Source: Rhodothermales bacterium (GTDB lineage Bacteria > Bacteroidota > Rhodothermia > Rhodothermales > VXPQ01). From it: DNA of 64,000 nt. The DNA lies in the NCBI GenBank assembly GCA_965223485.1, contig OZ244993.1, positions 1,513,527 to 1,577,526 on the forward strand, given 5' to 3'. Below the pieces are notes generated by a model. The model saw only the letters and a list, made by a program, of their open reading frames with translations. It was not told the DNA's origin and made no database searches. Below, in pieces: positions 37,801-45,319 of the stretch (positions are counted from its first letter, which is position 1; each line of letters begins with the position of its first letter). The translations under genes were made by a program, and so were the position numbers.

Positions 37801-40157
37801 AAGACGGTTCGGCAGAGGTAACGGTAACAGTTTTGAACAAGGATGCGCTTGCAGTGGCGTGTGCGGATCCCGGTTCGGTGTACGAGGGGTCCGAAGATAT
37901 CACGTTCGATTGTGAGGCGTCGGGCGCTCCGGGAGACAGTCCCCGGTACACGTATGTCTGGACGGCCCGCGGCGATACGCAGGACACGTCGCTCTTGAGC
38001 GCTGCGGACATCGCTTCGCCAACGTTCGCGGTGCCGGACGAGGTGGATGGCGACGAGACGTACGAGTACCTTTTGACGGCCAGTGCGGAGAATGCGGAGG
38101 ACGCTTCGGCACAGGTGACGGTGACGGTGCTCGACAAGCCTGTGCTTGCGGTGGCATGCGCGGGTCCCTATTCGGTGTACGAGGGATCGGAGGACTTTGC
38201 ATTCGACTGCTCGGCGTCGGGCGCTCCGGGAGACAGTCCCCGGTACACGTATGTCTGGACGGCCCGCGGCGATACGCAGGACACGTCGCTCTTGAGCGCA
38301 ACGGATGTTGCCTCGCCGACGTTTCTTGTCCCGGACGATTTGCCCGAGACCACTACGTACGAGTACCTGCTTACGGCGAGCGCGGCGAATGCGGAAGACG
38401 CCAGCGCCGGGGTAAGCGTGACGGTGATGCACCCTGCGCCGCTTGCTTTCGCGGACGATTCGATATCCGATCGGGTCTACGTCTTTACCGTAGGCGAGAC
38501 CATCGCGGATATTGTGCTTCCGGACGCCAAAGGCGGTTTTCCCCCGTATGCCTATACGCTTTCGCCGGCATTGCCCGAAGGACTTGACCTTGACGATCCG
38601 ACGCGAACGATCTCCGGTACGCCTTTGGAGGTAAGCCCCCGGACGGAGTACACCTGGCAGGCCTCCGACGCCAATAACGAGACGGGGCACATTGCATTTT
38701 TCATACAGGTGGTTTCTGCCGTCGATACCACTTCTCCGCCCGTAGCGGAATCTACGCCGCCGGCGGAGTCTTCTTCTGTGGCGTTTGTGGAGCCGACAGC
38801 CCTTGGCGTAACGGTAAGCGCCTCGCCCTTACGTTTCGGGGTGCAGTCGGCGGGGACGCAGGTGTCGCTCGATCCGATGACCGATGGTATATCGACGCAC
38901 GTATCGGGACCGTATCATGCGGGCCGTATGACGCTTTCGCCGGGTGGCGGCGAAGCGCTTGATGAGAACGGGGAGATGGATTTGTCCATCGAGCTGGCGT
39001 CACCGGTCGTGCTCCGGCGTGAGAGGGGCATCAAGGCTACTTCGATCGTTCTTTCGCCACAGTGGTCGCTTGCAGAGTCGTGCGAGCAGCTCTCTTCTCA
39101 GGCGATAGGGGGTCTGTACACGGAGGTGACGCTGTCAGAGGCCGATTGTCGTCTCCTGCGTTTCGGAGGCGAACTGGACCTTACGGACGCAGTCTCGGGG
39201 CGGTATGCGGGAAGTCTGGACATCATTCTTCGTTCGGGTGAGAGCGAGGAGACGCATTCGGTGGATGTGGAGGTGAGGGTTGTCCCCGCACAGCGGGTGA
39301 TCACGATAGGTCCGGGCGGGGTGCGTTTCAGCACGTCGAGGGAGCTTCCTGCCGGATTGACCGAGGAGCAGAACCTGAGCATCTATCCTCATGTTGCGTT
39401 TTTGACCGAGGAGAAGCCTCACGGCGTGTTCGAGTTGTCGAATCCATCGCTTATCCCGTTGGAGATATCCGTGTCGGCCCGTTTTGGCTATACGGAGGCG
39501 ACGGAGAATGGCCGCGAGGTAGTGGTTGAGGATGCTTCGGGATCGCACCTGAGCGATTTGTCCGAGGTGGTGGACATTCATCCGGGTGTTCTGGTCTTGA
39601 TGCCCGGAGAGAAGGGCCTTATTCGTTACGGGGTGAAGGAGGAAGTGCTCGGGGCCATGTCTGAGCGAGGCTACGCAGCGTTTTTCGATGTGGTGTCCGA
39701 GCCTCGTCAGTATGTCCGTTCGGATCAAATGCCGGAGGAGGTTACGGGAGAGAAGACGGCTCGCGTGACGATGCGCGTTCCGGGGGTGTACGTACCTGCC
39801 GAAGGGGCCTCGCAGCTACGCGCTACGCTGTTATCGATATCGTTTATAGGTTCGATGTCGGCGACGTTTTTGCTGGAGACGGCGGATCGTCCTTTTGCGG
39901 GCGAGGTGGTGGCGTACGACGGGGACGGTCGTGAGCTGGGCCGCCGGGAGACGCTGGTGTACACGCGCAGCCGCGTGCGCGTGCCTCTTGATCGTATACC
40001 TGAAGAAGGAGCCGTGTTTTTGCGTTTTTCGCCCCGGGGATCAGGCCGTGTGCCCGAGCCGGCGCCCGTTGAGTGGGATGCGCCGCGCAGGGACATAGGC
40101 GACGCCGAGAATGAAGGCCGCACGACGATCCCGGCAACGCTGGTCCAGAAACCGTGA
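31878..40157 (+). CDS. giant surface protein (2759 aa) built from about 20 Cys-containing about 100-aa beta-sandwich-like modules, with no T9SS CTD
   Basis: Signal-like MACILAAALLACASSAHSQ (the true start is probably internal to the listed ORF). The recurrent module pattern is C..(V/I)YEG...F.LDC...Y.W(T/S)...(T/S)P.F.VP...Y.Y.(V/L)T(A/V)...VTV. One putative Ig (He_PIG-like) module reads PPYAYTLSPALPEGLDLD. The C-terminal about 500 aa are unrelated to the modules. Confidence 0.85.
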   Translation: MHGASLRWIGTLNTAGKSGMRSGFICRSGAIAGRMACILAAALLACASSAHSQIIEEGGFPVKGGGVSGEPFSLSCPPRLYVEAGESVLFSCSATAVPEEGVRYAWESLSGDGLRLLSNAHELSPLFTAPVSEAGAEYVYRLTAMSAGVYETATVTVVARGVSGGSVQDRGKSPGLLEGCDSFGGLEGFREGCAAEDKMPPSFEPFEDGLEGEGGPGFLFPEAPGLPDRPSGPVRGGGLGRQTPPYLDCPVAVFLEELEIGSIECHVSDALGEEFLEYMWEPVGSTTRDYLDNPRLIPEDSPTPSVIAPEAPRYDTLESFRSGETTFRYRYRLTATSRATGLSSFSEVEVYVSSSRPSVYCPLEVVVEEGETTQLDCKGVDPLSARMDYDEDGASIEWEWEGLWGTSTGLLDATDRSSALFTAPPGSAGEEYHYIASMTSSASGAPRTARRRVTVRVTGAEEGAQAAADDSALMFKGSAPVVTCNDAEIYEATADFTLDCSVTDEPTGATYAWTARGSTANTDDLSSTTILKPMFSVPTDINESDDADKDYEYTVTLSASGITDVTEDVKVTVLEKPDIDCGNDGVFNYWYLSSTLEGNSDTEIFTGCLEEWHGAPAGSNYTFAWAARGSTPNTDLLSATNIESPIFYTPDAVDEDEMYEYTLTVSTESTENVDDFTLDVTVTVENRNRPYIIVTCEDSPYEVDESDVDIDFACEASGAPGDDPDYTWSWSPNTNLTGHDTDTPTFDVPADVDQDTTWTYTVTATADNADDGAATVTVTVRDTDSTDPVITCNDSEVYEGTADFTLDCEVTNEPTGATYVWAVRGSTSDTDDLSSTTILKPTFDVPDDIDELNGADKDYDYTVTMSASGISDITADVTVTVLEKPDIVCLAASETPNRFLVKWGFYESRPDFPLNACPGGWTGAPAGSDYTYAWTARGGTPDTRLLSATNIEVPTFALPDAVDKEETYEYTLTVSAENADDALARVEVTVWDRPDITVTCENSPYEVDESDVDIDFACEASGAPGSDPQYTWSWSPTANLTGHDTDTPTFDVPADVDQDTTYTYTVTATADNADDGAATVTVTVRDTDSTDPVITCNDSEVYEGTADFTLDCEVENPPDNAVYSWTANTSGAPALTGDTSTLTPTFTAPASYVPSSPQDSRKAYAYEVTLSASGIADVTEQVTLTVKDKDILCWAWSDNTPFVTYRRAQGFSEGEDSRQINLCRAGVSGPGPYWYAWRVRSDSYAPETALSLLSHTDSRDPYFSAPDDIVENQTYRYDVTISSAEGNPFAIGVYVTVYDGPDVDITCEDSPYEVDESDADIDFACEASGAPGSDPQYTWSWSPTTNLTDHHTDTPTFDVPGDVDQDTTYTYTVTASAANADDGTASVTVTVRDTDSAGSEPVITCNDSEVYEGTADFTLDCSAQNEPTGATYGWTGTDVDDRLTGTGSLTPTFDVPDNVDSDTDYDYTVTMTSGGSEVASADVTVTVKEKPDIYCPAPTVAFALYAGGPDEPLLVCEDGWKGAPVGSDYAYVWTARGDTPDTALLSAADIASPTFYVPDEVDGTTAYEYLLTASAENAESGSAAVTVTVLNAGALHVVCTDPPSVYEGSAPFDLDCTASGAPAGSDYEYAWTARGDTPDTDLLIAGTDGPTPTFAVPDEVDATTTYEYLLTVSAENAEDGSAEVTVTVLKQGALYAVCADPPPVYEGSEDFDLDCSASGAPAGSDYEYAWTARGTTANTALLIAGTDGPTPTFAVPDEVDATTTYEYLLTVSAENAEDGSAEVTVTVLKQGALYAVCADPPPVYEGSEDFDLDCSASGAPAGSDYEYAWTARGTTANTALLIAGTDGPTPTFAVPDEVDATTTYEYLLTVSAENAEDGSAEVTVTVLKQGALYAVCADPPPVYEGSEDFDLDCSASGAPAGSDYEYAWTARGTTANTALLIAGTDGPTPTFAVPDEVDATTTYEYLLTVSAENAEDGSAEVTVTVLNKDALAVACADPGSVYEGSEDITFDCEASGAPGDSPRYTYVWTARGDTQDTSLLSAADIASPTFAVPDEVDGDETYEYLLTASAENAEDASAQVTVTVLDKPVLAVACAGPYSVYEGSEDFAFDCSASGAPGDSPRYTYVWTARGDTQDTSLLSATDVASPTFLVPDDLPETTTYEYLLTASAANAEDASAGVSVTVMHPAPLAFADDSISDRVYVFTVGETIADIVLPDAKGGFPPYAYTLSPALPEGLDLDDPTRTISGTPLEVSPRTEYTWQASDANNETGHIAFFIQVVSAVDTTSPPVAESTPPAESSSVAFVEPTALGVTVSASPLRFGVQSAGTQVSLDPMTDGISTHVSGPYHAGRMTLSPGGGEALDENGEMDLSIELASPVVLRRERGIKATSIVLSPQWSLAESCEQLSSQAIGGLYTEVTLSEADCRLLRFGGELDLTDAVSGRYAGSLDIILRSGESEETHSVDVEVRVVPAQRVITIGPGGVRFSTSRELPAGLTEEQNLSIYPHVAFLTEEKPHGVFELSNPSLIPLEISVSARFGYTEATENGREVVVEDASGSHLSDLSEVVDIHPGVLVLMPGEKGLIRYGVKEEVLGAMSERGYAAFFDVVSEPRQYVRSDQMPEEVTGEKTARVTMRVPGVYVPAEGASQLRATLLSISFIGSMSATFLLETADRPFAGEVVAYDGDGRELGRRETLVYTRSRVRVPLDRIPEEGAVFLRFSPRGSGRVPEPAPVEWDAPRRDIGDAENEGRTTIPATLVQKP
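36939..37829. repeat. three apparently identical 297-bp (99-aa) tandem repeats inside giant gene 3
   Basis: GTGCTTAAGCAAGGTGCGCTGTACGCGGTATGCGCGGATCC... recurs at 36939, 37236 and 37533. I saw no mismatch. Diverged copies flank the block. Confidence 0.9.
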
Positions 40158-40167
40158 TGTGTCGTCC

Positions 40168-40296
40168 ATGCCGTTTTACAAGGGCATTGTCGACTACCTA
40201 CGCTACTTTAACGAAGAGCGTCCTCACCAGGGACTTGACAACCGAACCCCCGACGACCTATTCTGCAAACGAAAACCGCTGCCCAAAGCAGCATGA
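40168..40296 (+). pseudogene. IS3-family transposase (OrfB) C-terminal fragment
   Basis: MPFYKGIVDYLRYFNEERPHQGLDNRTPDDLF matches the conserved extreme C-terminus of IS3/rve integrase-core transposases. There is no upstream catalytic region. Confidence 0.75.
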
Positions 40297-40452
40297 CCCG
40301 ACGCGACAGTACACTTAAATACACGTGAAAACTGTCCAGATTTTACGGACCATTTCTAGGTAAAAAATGCGGAGCTATCATGCCGAGTCACCTCGTCATA
40401 CGTTGTGCCGAACACCGTATGTACACGAGGCGTTGTCGTTTTTTCCGAATCC

Positions 40453-43152
40453 CTACGAACTGAACCACCAGTTCATTTTCAGCACGAACACGTTCTCCAT
40501 GGGCGCTGTCGCCAATTGGTTGAACGACGGGCCGAATTCGAACCAGGGATCGTTCGTGAAGTCGGATCGCTGCTGCGTCCAGACCAGATACAGCGTAGAG
40601 CCCGGTCGGTATTCCCAGCGCGCCACGGCCGTTCCCCGGAGCGAAGCTATATTGAAGTCGCGATTGGGAAGTTGAATGGATTCGGCAAGTCCGCCGGGGC
40701 CGTCCGGGTCCGCCACAAGCGTTTCCGCATCGAACGTCGAACCTTCTTCTCCGTAGCGTACAAAGTCATAGGACCGTGCGCGGGCCAGTTCCTTGTACTC
40801 CGAGTAGTCGCCCACGGAAACGAGCGGCTGTGCATACAACTGAAAACTCAGTTCCGGAGTAAACGTCCAGTTGAGCCGTACAGTGGACAACAGGGTTATC
40901 CGATCGAGTTTGGCGAATACGTACCGCTTTCCGAACGTCCGGGCAGCCAGCGGATCGTCGAAGGCGCCGACCCACTGGGCCTCTGAGGTTTCCCATGAAA
41001 CGGAAGGGCTGAGGGCAAGGGCTACATTGGGCGCCGCCTGCCACTCGACATCCACATTCAGTCCCGTTTCGTTTCCCGAGGCCCCGCGTTCCATATCCAC
41101 TCCCAGTCCGACCACAAACATCTTGCGCCGGTCTGAAGACAGGGTTAAGTCCACGCCCATACCCGGCGGCTCCAGCGTCAATGGACCGCCGCGCGTGCGC
41201 CGCGTATTCACGGTTTCCGGGGTGACGAAAAGGCGGGTAAACATCGTGTAGTAGTTCAGGAATTCGACGCGGGAGAAGGCAAAGGCGCCTGTCGAGAACA
41301 CGTTTCCGGAGTAGTCGATTCCCCTGAACAGGGCAGCAAGTACAAAGGCGTCCCTTGTAAAGCGGGTGGGGTCGCTCCAGCTGTACCCGAATCCGACATG
41401 TGCATTGATGGCGTCCGAGCGGGATTGGAAGCCGGCGTCGTTTACGTCGAAGGAAGGGGACACCGCTTCGATCGCCGTATTGATGGAAAAGCGCCCGCGT
41501 TCCTTACTCAGGCCAAGGCGTCCGGCCCATCCGCTCAGCGACGTCGCACTGCTGTCGATGCGCACATGGTCAATATCCGGGCGCTGGAAGTAATGCACCG
41601 AACTGCGCTGGATATCGAGCAGCCGCTGCTCGGTCCCATTGAGGTGGGACAAACCGGCCCAACCATTCAGCACCCATGTACTTTCCTTGTCGAGGAATGT
41701 CCACCCGTCCACGCCGAAGTTCAACGACCGCTTGTTCATCTGGTCCATGAGGCGCTCGTCCGAGAAAAACCGCTGGTTGACCGTGGACATAAAGCCCAAT
41801 CCATGGCGCCCGTCCGTGAATTCTTTCTGGGCGCGGTAGACGCCGTAGTAGGTCGTCGGCTCTACTTCCGCTTCGGATCGCACACCGGTCCCGCTCTGCA
41901 AGCGGGCATGCTCCCGGGCCGTGAGCGCCTGCAGGGTTCCCACGTTCCAGCTGCCGGCCAATTTGCCCACCACCTTGGCGGCGCCGAGTATGCGCGTGCC
42001 GTCCGGCATATCCGAAAACGCATGACCGGGCAACCTGCCTGCCGGCGAACGCCCGATGCGGCGGCTGTAGAAAAACGATGGACTGTTATGGAACCTCAAG
42101 TTATGTCTGGGTCCGCCCATCCCGAAGTCGCTGAACACGGAAGCCCCTTCGACGAAAAACGGGCGTTTTTCCGAGAAGTATGTCTCGTAATCGCTCAGGT
42201 TGATGACGGCCGGGTCCACTTCCACCTGCCCGAAATCCGGGTTCACCGTGGCGTTCAGCGTCAGGTTGGACGTAAGGGCGTACCGCACATCCACACCGCC
42301 GTCCACGCCGTACACGGAGCCGTCGTTGAACGGGTCGCCCTCGCCGACCGTTTGATCGTAGGAGGCGCGCGACGTGACGTAAGGGATAATCTCCAGTTGG
42401 CGGCTCGGGCTGATATCCCGAATGCCCACCAGTTCCGGGAAGCGGCTCACGAAGCCGCTTTCGTCACTGGGCGTGTAGGCCAGATAGGCGCGTTCCTGTT
42501 TGCGCGAGATACCGCGTATGAAGTTGATGCCCCACACATACCGGTCCTGCTGGTAGAACCGCAGTTGCGAATAGGGAATGCGCATCTCGGCCGTCCATCC
42601 ATCCGGTGTCCGCTGGACGCGCCCCTGCCACACGCCATCCCAGTCGGGATCATCGCTGTTGTCGTTCATGAGCACCCCGTCATGGAGGGTGCCTGCAGCG
42701 TTCAAACCGAAGAAGTATCCGCTGCGACGGTCCAGATAGGGGTCCAGGCAGACAGCGAAAAAATCGGATTCCTGCTGTGCATCGCGGCGGCCCAGACGGG
42801 CGACGATCGAGTCCGGTGCGCTGTCGAACAGGCGGGCTCCGACATAGATGGCCTCGCTGTCGTACAGGACGATGGCTTCGGTGCGTTCGGTCGCCGGCAT
42901 CCCTTCGTCGGGATCCGACTGGAAAAACCGATCGGCGGCTACACCTTGCGCCCATGCCGATTCGTCCAGCCTGCCGTCTATCTGTATGGCCTCAGCCGTG
43001 GCCGTGGCGGTAACGACCTGTATCCCGGCGGGGCCCTCCATGGAGACACCCTGTGCACGGGTTTGCGTCTGGCTCCAGCCTGCGGGCGCCAGGCGCGTCA
43101 TCGCTGCAAAGATCAACATGAAAAAACACAGAATACGTGCTGTCGCAAGCAT
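40453..43152 (-). CDS. CBM9-like / DUF5916-type outer-membrane protein
   Basis: Signal peptide; N-terminal IDGRLDESAWAQGVAADRFFQSDPDEG...AIYVGARLFD (carbohydrate-binding family 9-like); then about 650 aa of beta-barrel-like sequence ending in an aromatic C-terminus. Confidence 0.8.
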   Translation of the reverse strand: MLATARILCFFMLIFAAMTRLAPAGWSQTQTRAQGVSMEGPAGIQVVTATATAEAIQIDGRLDESAWAQGVAADRFFQSDPDEGMPATERTEAIVLYDSEAIYVGARLFDSAPDSIVARLGRRDAQQESDFFAVCLDPYLDRRSGYFFGLNAAGTLHDGVLMNDNSDDPDWDGVWQGRVQRTPDGWTAEMRIPYSQLRFYQQDRYVWGINFIRGISRKQERAYLAYTPSDESGFVSRFPELVGIRDISPSRQLEIIPYVTSRASYDQTVGEGDPFNDGSVYGVDGGVDVRYALTSNLTLNATVNPDFGQVEVDPAVINLSDYETYFSEKRPFFVEGASVFSDFGMGGPRHNLRFHNSPSFFYSRRIGRSPAGRLPGHAFSDMPDGTRILGAAKVVGKLAGSWNVGTLQALTAREHARLQSGTGVRSEAEVEPTTYYGVYRAQKEFTDGRHGLGFMSTVNQRFFSDERLMDQMNKRSLNFGVDGWTFLDKESTWVLNGWAGLSHLNGTEQRLLDIQRSSVHYFQRPDIDHVRIDSSATSLSGWAGRLGLSKERGRFSINTAIEAVSPSFDVNDAGFQSRSDAINAHVGFGYSWSDPTRFTRDAFVLAALFRGIDYSGNVFSTGAFAFSRVEFLNYYTMFTRLFVTPETVNTRRTRGGPLTLEPPGMGVDLTLSSDRRKMFVVGLGVDMERGASGNETGLNVDVEWQAAPNVALALSPSVSWETSEAQWVGAFDDPLAARTFGKRYVFAKLDRITLLSTVRLNWTFTPELSFQLYAQPLVSVGDYSEYKELARARSYDFVRYGEEGSTFDAETLVADPDGPGGLAESIQLPNRDFNIASLRGTAVARWEYRPGSTLYLVWTQQRSDFTNDPWFEFGPSFNQLATAPMENVFVLKMNWWFSS

Positions 43153-43433
43153 GAGAGGGTAAAAATTGGTTATTCGAAACCTTTTTGACGGGCCAAATGG
43201 ATGGATATGACGCCTGCTACTCGACTACAGGCCCATTCGGACCACTATCCTTTTTGCGCGATACGTAAATAAAAGGAGATGGTTGCATGGGGCGCGGTCT
43301 TCGTTGTGCGACGATAGAGATGGTTGCACGGCGCGCGGATCCGGCCGTGTTCCGGAACGCCCGACTCGTCTTGCCTGTCCGCAAGGCGAGTCCTTTCCTT
43401 AATCATTGGCCGCAGGATTCAAGCGAGTCCTGC

Positions 43434-45047
43434 TTATCGGATGGCCGTTACGGGCGCTGTCAGGAGGTGCGTCCGTTTCCCGTCTTCCAGAAACAGGCGC
43501 GAGAAATACATACCCGGGGGTAGTTCGGGGCGTATGGACAACGTGTGCTCTCCCGTCCCGAACGCTTCCGGGGAATGCACATACACGGTGCGACCCAACA
43601 CGTCCACCACTTCGAGGCGGGCTCGTACGGGCCGGTCGGTCCGGAATGCCAGCTTGACTTCTCCGGAAAACGGGTTGGGCCAGGCTCCTTCCAGCCGCAT
43701 ACCCTCCGGTATTTCGTCTGCCTGCTCGGCGGCGGTGACCGTCTTCAGCATAAAGCGCATTCGATTCACGTTGAACCCCCCATTGCGCACGTTCATCCTC
43801 AGGATATGCTCGCCGGCGGGTAGCGTCGCGTCACGCAGCCATACCGATGTCCACGCCTGCCATCCGCCTGTGACGGGCACAATTATATTGCCGCCAAGCC
43901 GCTCATTGTCCAGCCAGAGGCTGAAGATGCCGCCATTATCGGCCGCATCGGCGGCGACGCGGATTTCGACGTCATAGGTACCTGCCGTGTCGATCTGCAC
44001 CGTCCAGGTCAGCCATTCGGTCGTTTGAATCCATCCCACATTATAGGCGAATCCTTCCGGATCCATCGACTTCTCGATGTCCACCCCGTCATTGCGGTAT
44101 TCATATCCCTGGTTGCCGACCCCGTCTTGTCCATCGACTCTCATGAGATCGGTGTCGTGGTAGGTGGCGCCCTCATGTCCGATGTCGTAATCCGCAGCAT
44201 TGACGACGCCGGGAATGGGATGCTCTTTGAAGGGTTTGCGCAGCGTGGCGTAATCCGGATCCAAAAGCGCCGCAAGGACGCCGGGCCGCGTTATGCAGGA
44301 ATCGAGATCCAGCCCCTCGGCCATGGCGAAGAGCGCCTCGCTGGCTGCCCGTGGGGAAGGGCGGGGTTTGGGGTTGTTCGGGGGGGCGTTCAAGTAATCG
44401 ACCACCTCTTTATATCCTGGCGCAAACGGCGCGGAAAGCGGGCTGGTGATCGTCGCTATTTTCTTGTGCGTCCACCAGTTCCAGCCGATCCCGTGTCTTT
44501 CCGCGAGCCGGGTCACTGCAAAAAACCACGGATTCGAGTTTTCCCCCGATTCTCCCAGCCAGAGCGGCACATTGTTTCTCCTCCTCAGATCCAGAAGATA
44601 GTTGATGGCGCCGACGTCCGTGGCGTTCCAGTACTTGTGGAAGGCGTAGACCATATTGTCGTCGGGAAAGTCGTCCAGCTTGTAGAAGTGGGTGGCGAAA
44701 TAATTTCCTTCTATGAAGAGGATATGGTTGATATCGACCTTGCGGATAGCCTCGGCAAGTCGCACGTACAGTGTACGCAGAGCGTCCGCTTGCATCTCTC
44801 CGTTGCCTATTTTGTCGGGCGTAACGGGTTCGTTGATCAGATCGAATCCCCACTCGGCAATGGCCGCAATATCTTTTTCCGCGACGTAGTTGGCCCGGTA
44901 TACCTCGAAGAAACGATCCGTGGCCTGCTCGCCGATCAGGTCCGCTATCTGCGCCCGGATGGTACGCGGAGATCCTCCGTCGATGGCGGTCATATGAAGC
45001 ATGTATCCCTCCGGCACGAGCCAGCCGCCCAGTCCAAGGCCGCGCAT
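43434..45047 (-). CDS. GH5 glycoside hydrolase with CBM6-like module and T9SS CTD
   Basis: RGLGLGGWLVPEGYM; acid/base LINEP; nucleophile region WLGESGEN; CBM6-like VPVTGGWQAWTSVW; CTD WPNPFSGEV...VTAIR. The in-frame signal-peptide coding continues upstream to 45191 without a canonical start (see finding). Confidence 0.85.
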   Translation of the reverse strand: MRGLGLGGWLVPEGYMLHMTAIDGGSPRTIRAQIADLIGEQATDRFFEVYRANYVAEKDIAAIAEWGFDLINEPVTPDKIGNGEMQADALRTLYVRLAEAIRKVDINHILFIEGNYFATHFYKLDDFPDDNMVYAFHKYWNATDVGAINYLLDLRRRNNVPLWLGESGENSNPWFFAVTRLAERHGIGWNWWTHKKIATITSPLSAPFAPGYKEVVDYLNAPPNNPKPRPSPRAASEALFAMAEGLDLDSCITRPGVLAALLDPDYATLRKPFKEHPIPGVVNAADYDIGHEGATYHDTDLMRVDGQDGVGNQGYEYRNDGVDIEKSMDPEGFAYNVGWIQTTEWLTWTVQIDTAGTYDVEIRVAADAADNGGIFSLWLDNERLGGNIIVPVTGGWQAWTSVWLRDATLPAGEHILRMNVRNGGFNVNRMRFMLKTVTAAEQADEIPEGMRLEGAWPNPFSGEVKLAFRTDRPVRARLEVVDVLGRTVYVHSPEAFGTGEHTLSIRPELPPGMYFSRLFLEDGKRTHLLTAPVTAIR

Positions 45048-45319
45048 GACTACGGGATTGCCGTCCCGATCGAGAATCTTTGTGCCTTCGGTCCGGAAAA
45101 AGCCCTGTCCCTGCGCCGGAAGAATCAGGAGAAAAGCCGAAACAGCCCCTGCGACGCACCAGACGGCCGGGGACGTTATCCACTTTCGTATTCATGTGGA
45201 TGCGAGAAACGCATCGAACTGCGAATCGGCCACCAATCTCGCGATCATGTTCGAGGATTTTGACGACGGTGCGTCCAACTATCCCTTCCGTCTGCGCTGG
45301 ACCGTACCGAGCAGCATGT

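Noticed and set aside
30570-40350. tRNA-Leu-anchored integrative island carrying giant gene 3
   Set aside because: I looked for a direct repeat of the tRNA 3' end (GGTTCGAGTCCCACCCCGGGTA) near the IS3 remnant and elsewhere downstream and found none. No integrase gene is present. The idea is not excluded but is unsupported.
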